Translations under genes and position numbers: made by a program
Source: Chthoniobacter flavus
Lineage (GTDB): Bacteria > Verrucomicrobiota > Verrucomicrobiia > Chthoniobacterales > CAKUMP01
Assembly (NCBI GenBank): GCA_020718605.1
Contig: DYRR01000001.1
Coordinates: 1 to 54,016, forward strand
DNA: 54,016 nucleotides
Direction of reading: 5' to 3'
Notes under the pieces: model-generated
Database searches by the model: none
Told to the model about the DNA's origin: nothing
Seen by the model: the letters and a program-made list of their open reading frames with translations, nothing else
Part shown: positions 50,101 to 54,016 of the stretch, in pieces
Layout: every line of letters begins with the position of its first letter
How positions within the stretch are numbered: the stretch's first letter is position 1

Positions 50101-53068
50101 TGTGCCCGTCACGGAAGCCATGCGGGGAGGATTCACCCTGCAGGTCACGCAGATGCGTGAGAACCGCGCCTATCTTGTCTCCCGACAGGTGGTCGTCCCG
50201 TGGTCCGACAAAAAACTCTCGCTCCAATGGGAGCGGTTCCGCTCCAAACTAGAACCGGGCATTCGGGAAACATGGACGGCGGTCGTGAAAGGCCCCAATG
50301 CCGAAACCGCCACAGCGGAAATGGTGGCGACGCTCTACGATGCGTCGCTGGATCAGTTTCTTTCCCATAACTGGATGACGAACTTCCCAACGTTCCGCAG
50401 CGAACGATTCCAACCCCGGTGGGATTTGCAGAATCAAATCAAAAACCCGCAACGCATCAGCCGGGGCTTCACGGGCTTCGGTTTCAGTGACCGGTTTGAA
50501 TACAGCCAGTGGCAATTCCGAAGCGAGTTCCGCCACTTTGCGCACTACAATAGGATGATGGCAGGATTCTCCGTCGGCTGGGCCAAGGGCGGGAACGCAA
50601 GCTTCCGGGGCGACCGCGGATCCGTTGCAATGCCCATGTCGGCACCTGTTGCCGGCGCAGCACCCGCGATGGAACTCGAAGGTCGCCTATTTGAATCCTC
50701 CGCCGGCCTGGCCTCCCTCTCCCGCGATGAGGATAAGAACGCCCCCGCACCGTCCCTTGACACCACAAGCCCCCGCAGAAACCTCCAGGAAACGGCGTTT
50801 TTCCTGCCGCATCTCACCTCCGACGCGGACGGCACGGTCCGCATGGAATTCACGATGCCCGAGGCGCTCACGACCTGGCGCTTTCTGGGATTTGCGCACG
50901 ACACCTCGCTGCGCGCTGGCGTTCTCACGGGCGAAACGGTCACCGCAAAGGATCTGATGGTGCAGCCCAATCCGCCGCGGTTTCTGCGCGAAGGCGATGC
51001 GCTGGAGTTCACTGTGCGCGTCACGAATCGGTCCGACTCGCCGCAGCAGGGCACCGCCCGCCTGCATTTCACCGATGCCGACCAGAGTGCCGACACCGCT
51101 CTGGGCAACACCGCGCCGGACCAGGCTTTCACAATCCCCGGCGGCGAATCCCGCACCCTCTCCTGGCGCATCACCGTGCCCGATGGCACAGGATTTCTCA
51201 CCTACAAAGCCGTCGCGGCCACGGACACGCTCTCCGACGGCGAAGAAGGCTGGCTGCCGGTGCTGCCCCGCCGGATTCTTGTCACCGAATCGATGCCCCT
51301 TCCCATCCGGGGCCCGGGAGAACGCGTGTTTCAATTTCAAAAACTGCTCGACTCGGGCGCATCCGACACGCTCCGCCACCAAGCACTGGTGGTCCAGATG
51401 GTCTCCAACCCCGCGTGGTATGCGATCATGGCCCTGCCTTACCTGATGGAATATCCGCATGAATGCAACGAGCAGCGGTTCAACCGATTCTATGCCAACG
51501 CGCTGGCCATGCAGATCGCGCAGAGCGATCCCGGCATCCGCAAAGTGTTCGACCAATGGCGCGACACCCCCGCGCTGGACAGTCCGCTGGAAAAAAATCA
51601 GGACCTCAAATCGCTCCTGATCGAAGAGACTCCCTGGCTGCGCGAGGCGAAATCCGAAAGTCAGGCCCGCCGCAATGTCGGCATTCTCTTTGATCAGAAA
51701 CGCCTGAACGCCGAGTCCGCGCGGGCGCTGCGCGGTCTGCGCGAGAACCAGCTCTCCGACGGTTCCTGGGCATGGTTCCCCGGCGGGGACAGCAGCGATT
51801 TCATCACGCTCTACATCACGGCGGGATTCGCCCGGCTGCGGCATCTGGGAAATCCGGTGGGCGGATTCGACCTGGCACTGCGGGCACTCGACCGCCTCGA
51901 TCCTTGGATCGCAAAACGCTACGAGAAAATCCGGGAACGCGACCACTGGCAATCCCATCATCCCGACGCCATCGAAGCGTTGTATCTTTATACGCGGAGC
52001 TTTTTTCTCAAGGACCGTCCCATCCCCGATGCAAGCCGCGAGGCGGTGGATTTCTTTCTCGGACAAACAAAAAAATTCGGTCTCGAAGTGTCCGGGATGC
52101 AAACCCAGGCCCATCTCGCGCTGGCCGCGCACCGGTTCGGCGACAAGGAGACCGCGCACGGCCTCATGAGATCGATCAAGGAACGCGCCTCAAACACCGG
52201 GGAAATGGGCATGCACTGGAAACAGGAAAACCAGAGTTGGTGGTGGTATCGCGCCCCCATCGAAACCCAGGCGCTCCTGATCGAGGCGTTCGATGAGGTC
52301 ATGGACGACCGGACGGCGGTCGAGGATTGCCGGGTGTGGCTGCTCAAGCAGAAACAAACACAGAGATGGCCCACCACCAAATCCACCGCCGACGCCGTGT
52401 ACGCACTGCTGCTGCGGGGCAATGATATTCTTTCCCGCGACGCGTTGGTGGAGGTGATCGTCGGGGGGGAACCCATCCGCCCGGAAGCCGTCGAGGCCGG
52501 CACCGGAGCGTATGAGAAACGCTACGCGGCGTCGGAGATCAAACCGGAAATGGGAACCGTGACGATGCGCAAGCGCGACGAGGGCGTGGCCTGGGGTGGC
52601 GTGCATTGGCAATATCTGGAGGACGTGGCAAAAATCACGCCGCACGAAGAAACGCCGCTCCAGTTGAAAAAGCAGGTCTTCAAGTGCGCGAACACCGAAA
52701 AGGGGCGCGAACTTCAGCCCGTCACCGGCGATCTCTCCGTGGGAGACGAACTCGTGGTGCGGGTGGAACTGCGGGTGGACCGCGCCATGGAGTTTGTGCA
52801 TCTCAAGGACCAGCGCGGCAGTGGCACGGAACCCGTGAACGTGCTCTCGCAGCACAAATTTCAGGACGGCCTTCGCTATTATGAATCCACACGGGACACC
52901 GCCAGCCATTTCTTCATCGAAAACCTGCCCGCCGGCACGTATGTCTTCGAATATCCGGTGTTCATCCAGCACCGGGGAAAATACCAAACCGGTATTGCGG
53001 AAGTGCAGTGCATGTATGCCCCCGAGTTCAACAGCCACTCGGGAAGCGTCGCGCTGGAAGTGCGGTGA
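47126..53068 (+). CDS. Alpha-2-macroglobulin family protein 2 (1980 aa, thioester motif CNEQ, helical N-terminal domain)
   Basis: Signal peptide MRMKIPGFLFLLCGLAMSALA/A, a helical N-terminal ~350 aa, and MG-like domains. Thioester context LMEYPHECNEQRFNRF (Cys codon 51464-51466). Confidence 0.9.
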   Translation: MRMKIPGFLFLLCGLAMSALAAQPFDAELAAYEKAKRDNLPKTALEILATIEKSALDSRDWGHALLAIARRIETRAELESDPPAESVRLVEAELSGASPEIKPLLHTLRAFYYWHFYQMNRHRFLGRTRTERPPGDDFTTWDLPRILARIHESFQEALADRKFLQKTAPVQFVPFFEMKSEVNARFRPTLFDVIAHEALAFYSSPEQNGALPGEALSASDPVFDEAFLAWQPMPEDSAMARAARLYQDLLRFHEKDEDRSAFAAADLDRIIWGGQSMVGEVAGECYRAALRRFSDEWKSDEISLLSQWHLAMSLREDAPAEARALMLKAVEAFPKSLFADQSRSLVKSIEAPTMQIHTGRVWSASDRGVTVNYRNLSRVHFRLVRRDWDDAQGEDRFSNPDQPSHKRMLGAWKSGDGIAWSADLEPTGDFRERTQNVAGPEKIAPGFYYLIASAREDFGNENNDVSITPVWVSDLALLLRTVENRVEGLVLEAESGEPVGNARVEMWYFTDTGKRLRGTEARTDEHGSFTITPEDGNRSLLLKASATIRGVAQSVAAMNQVHVGGKPQPERKENVVLFTDRALYRPGQMIHFKGIFTEMSTDRTEGRAVDARTVNMELLDANGRLVESARLKTNAFGSFSGSFTAPTGANTGPMTLRTAFGMVRVRVEEYKRPKFQVTLDKPTEAPRLNEQVKLKGMAENYTGAPVDGGKVAWRVTRLVRWPAWGFCRIVPPAALESAAVAHGTATTAADGTFEISFQALPDPKALEALNPVFTYAVHADVTDGAGETRSASENVEIGFTALRTRITSEEWQTTGKPVLLQISSTALDGITVADSAGTVKIHRLVPPDRVHRAPLENSPMNKPAEDLSDPRNWEPGEVVSTLPFQTKDGAASLEASLQRGAYLIVLETKDRFGKKVVSEELIRVLDPGAKNLGIRVPTMLTASQWQTEPGTDFVALWGTGYDTGRALVEIRQGSKRLRRFWTEPGRTQQEIRVPVTEAMRGGFTLQVTQMRENRAYLVSRQVVVPWSDKKLSLQWERFRSKLEPGIRETWTAVVKGPNAETATAEMVATLYDASLDQFLSHNWMTNFPTFRSERFQPRWDLQNQIKNPQRISRGFTGFGFSDRFEYSQWQFRSEFRHFAHYNRMMAGFSVGWAKGGNASFRGDRGSVAMPMSAPVAGAAPAMELEGRLFESSAGLASLSRDEDKNAPAPSLDTTSPRRNLQETAFFLPHLTSDADGTVRMEFTMPEALTTWRFLGFAHDTSLRAGVLTGETVTAKDLMVQPNPPRFLREGDALEFTVRVTNRSDSPQQGTARLHFTDADQSADTALGNTAPDQAFTIPGGESRTLSWRITVPDGTGFLTYKAVAATDTLSDGEEGWLPVLPRRILVTESMPLPIRGPGERVFQFQKLLDSGASDTLRHQALVVQMVSNPAWYAIMALPYLMEYPHECNEQRFNRFYANALAMQIAQSDPGIRKVFDQWRDTPALDSPLEKNQDLKSLLIEETPWLREAKSESQARRNVGILFDQKRLNAESARALRGLRENQLSDGSWAWFPGGDSSDFITLYITAGFARLRHLGNPVGGFDLALRALDRLDPWIAKRYEKIRERDHWQSHHPDAIEALYLYTRSFFLKDRPIPDASREAVDFFLGQTKKFGLEVSGMQTQAHLALAAHRFGDKETAHGLMRSIKERASNTGEMGMHWKQENQSWWWYRAPIETQALLIEAFDEVMDDRTAVEDCRVWLLKQKQTQRWPTTKSTADAVYALLLRGNDILSRDALVEVIVGGEPIRPEAVEAGTGAYEKRYAASEIKPEMGTVTMRKRDEGVAWGGVHWQYLEDVAKITPHEETPLQLKKQVFKCANTEKGRELQPVTGDLSVGDELVVRVELRVDRAMEFVHLKDQRGSGTEPVNVLSQHKFQDGLRYYESTRDTASHFFIENLPAGTYVFEYPVFIQHRGKYQTGIAEVQCMYAPEFNSHSGSVALEVR

Positions 53069-53089
53069 GCCACACCACAGGATCGGCCT

Positions 53090-53902
53090 TCAACAGCCGG
53101 AAAGCAGGGGATCCGCCTTTGCGAGCAGCCGGGCAATTTTTTCCTGCTCCAAGGCTTCCAGCGTGCCCAAGCCCGCCGGAGCCGACGCCACATACCCACC
53201 GGCGGACCGGACCATGCGGATCACGTCGGGATGGGAGTTGGACGGGCAGGCCACATGCGCCGCCACAGATCCGTCGAGCATGGAGAGATCGTTGAGGTTA
53301 TCGCCCGCCGCGAAGATCCGCTCCCGGGGAATCTCCAGAAGCCGGCCCAGTTCCGCCAGAGCCCGGCCCTTGTGATAGTCGGCATGGCAAAACCGTAGAT
53401 ACACAAAGTTGCGCTGGTAATGAAAATCCGGGCAGACCTCCCGGTGTTCCTCCAGCAATTTCACGGCATGATCGAGATCGTCCACAGTCTGCGCGATCAG
53501 TCCTGAGGGGCCGCTTTTATCCACCACCATGGTGACGCCGGGCATCCCGCGCAGGCGTTCACCGAGACGTTTGAAAAATGGGGCGATCCGTTCGAACAAA
53601 CCCCGGTGGACCTCGCGACACCGGTGGTTCCAGTCACCAAAGTCCTCCCAGCCGCCTTGCGCGGTCCGGTGAAAAACCTCCCGCTCGCAGGTGAGCGCGA
53701 AGTCGGGCTGAAGCGGAAACCCCCTTTCCTTCAGGCCGTCGAGCAGGAGCGGCAGCGTGCGGCCCGTATTGACGGCCCAGAGCACTCCCGCCTCCCGCAA
53801 ACGCAAAAGGGCGTCCGCAAGCCCGGCAGGAACGCGCGCCCCGTGTTCAATTCCCACCAGGGTGCCGTCAAAATCGGTGCTGAGCAGTCGAATGGAATCC
53901 AT
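53090..53902 (-). CDS. HAD-superfamily hydrolase, subfamily IIB (Cof/sugar-phosphatase-like)
   Basis: 270-aa ORF. Motif I LLSTDFDGTLV, motif IV FAAGDNLNDLSML, and a cap domain in between. Confidence 0.85.
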   Translation of the reverse strand: MDSIRLLSTDFDGTLVGIEHGARVPAGLADALLRLREAGVLWAVNTGRTLPLLLDGLKERGFPLQPDFALTCEREVFHRTAQGGWEDFGDWNHRCREVHRGLFERIAPFFKRLGERLRGMPGVTMVVDKSGPSGLIAQTVDDLDHAVKLLEEHREVCPDFHYQRNFVYLRFCHADYHKGRALAELGRLLEIPRERIFAAGDNLNDLSMLDGSVAAHVACPSNSHPDVIRMVRSAGGYVASAPAGLGTLEALEQEKIARLLAKADPLLSGC

Positions 53903-53970
53903 GAGTGGGTCAATTTAGAGATTGATCGCGGGGCGGCAACCGCCAAATTGTAAACAATCCGCCATACTCA

Positions 53971-54016
53971 TGAAATCCGCATACGAACTCGCCATGGAAC
54001 GCCTCCAAAAGCAGGC
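53971..54016 (+). CDS. Start of an unidentified ORF running off the window
   Basis: ATG at 53971 followed by MKSAYELAMERLQKQ... Only 15 codons are visible. Confidence 0.3.

Overview
By eye this is a high-GC bacterial chromosomal segment. It most resembles a Verrucomicrobia / PVC-group genome, based on a pilus-like cluster that matches my recollection of Akkermansia Amuc_1102-1098, a PVC-type small basic protein, and G-poor C/A-rich translation leaders.

Most of the window is ordinary housekeeping:
- metH, kup, trpC, rnd, rho, coaE
- a pilM/N-O-P-Q-like cluster
- UDP-xylose synthase plus a priming sugar-phosphate transferase
- aroD and an SNF2 helicase + SWIM zinc-finger pair
- dnaK-groES-groEL, proA, tRNA(CAT), a TorF-like porin, phoH2, trpS, tRNA-Leu(GAG)
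- an RluB-like pseudouridine synthase, a NifS-like cysteine desulfurase, a class-I amidotransferase
- two giant alpha-2-macroglobulin (A2M) genes and a HAD phosphatase

No rRNA, CRISPR array, transposase or integrase was seen.

Signals not explained by ordinary annotation:
1. A ~150-bp multi-hairpin repeat occurs four times with a 53-nt invariant core. It always faces the 3' end of a convergent gene, and in three copies sits 16-18 nt from the stop codon.
2. The divergent type IV pilus alignment-complex cluster contains an Amuc_1100-like protein in the PilO position.
3. A 1.7-kb stretch of gene debris lies between the two A2M genes. It holds a truncated sugar-phosphate isomerase, a PRTase fragment, a PIN toxin with TGG->TGA at a conserved Trp, and a small partner ORF, bracketed by a 34-bp imperfect direct repeat.
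4. A Lys/Ala-rich histone-H1-like mini-protein is divergent from the SNF2+SWIM pair.
5. Candidate operators lie upstream of dnaK and phoH2.

I could not identify a clear-cut new multi-gene system. The repeat family and the pilus-like cluster are the best leads. All homology statements rest on motif recognition from memory, not on searches.
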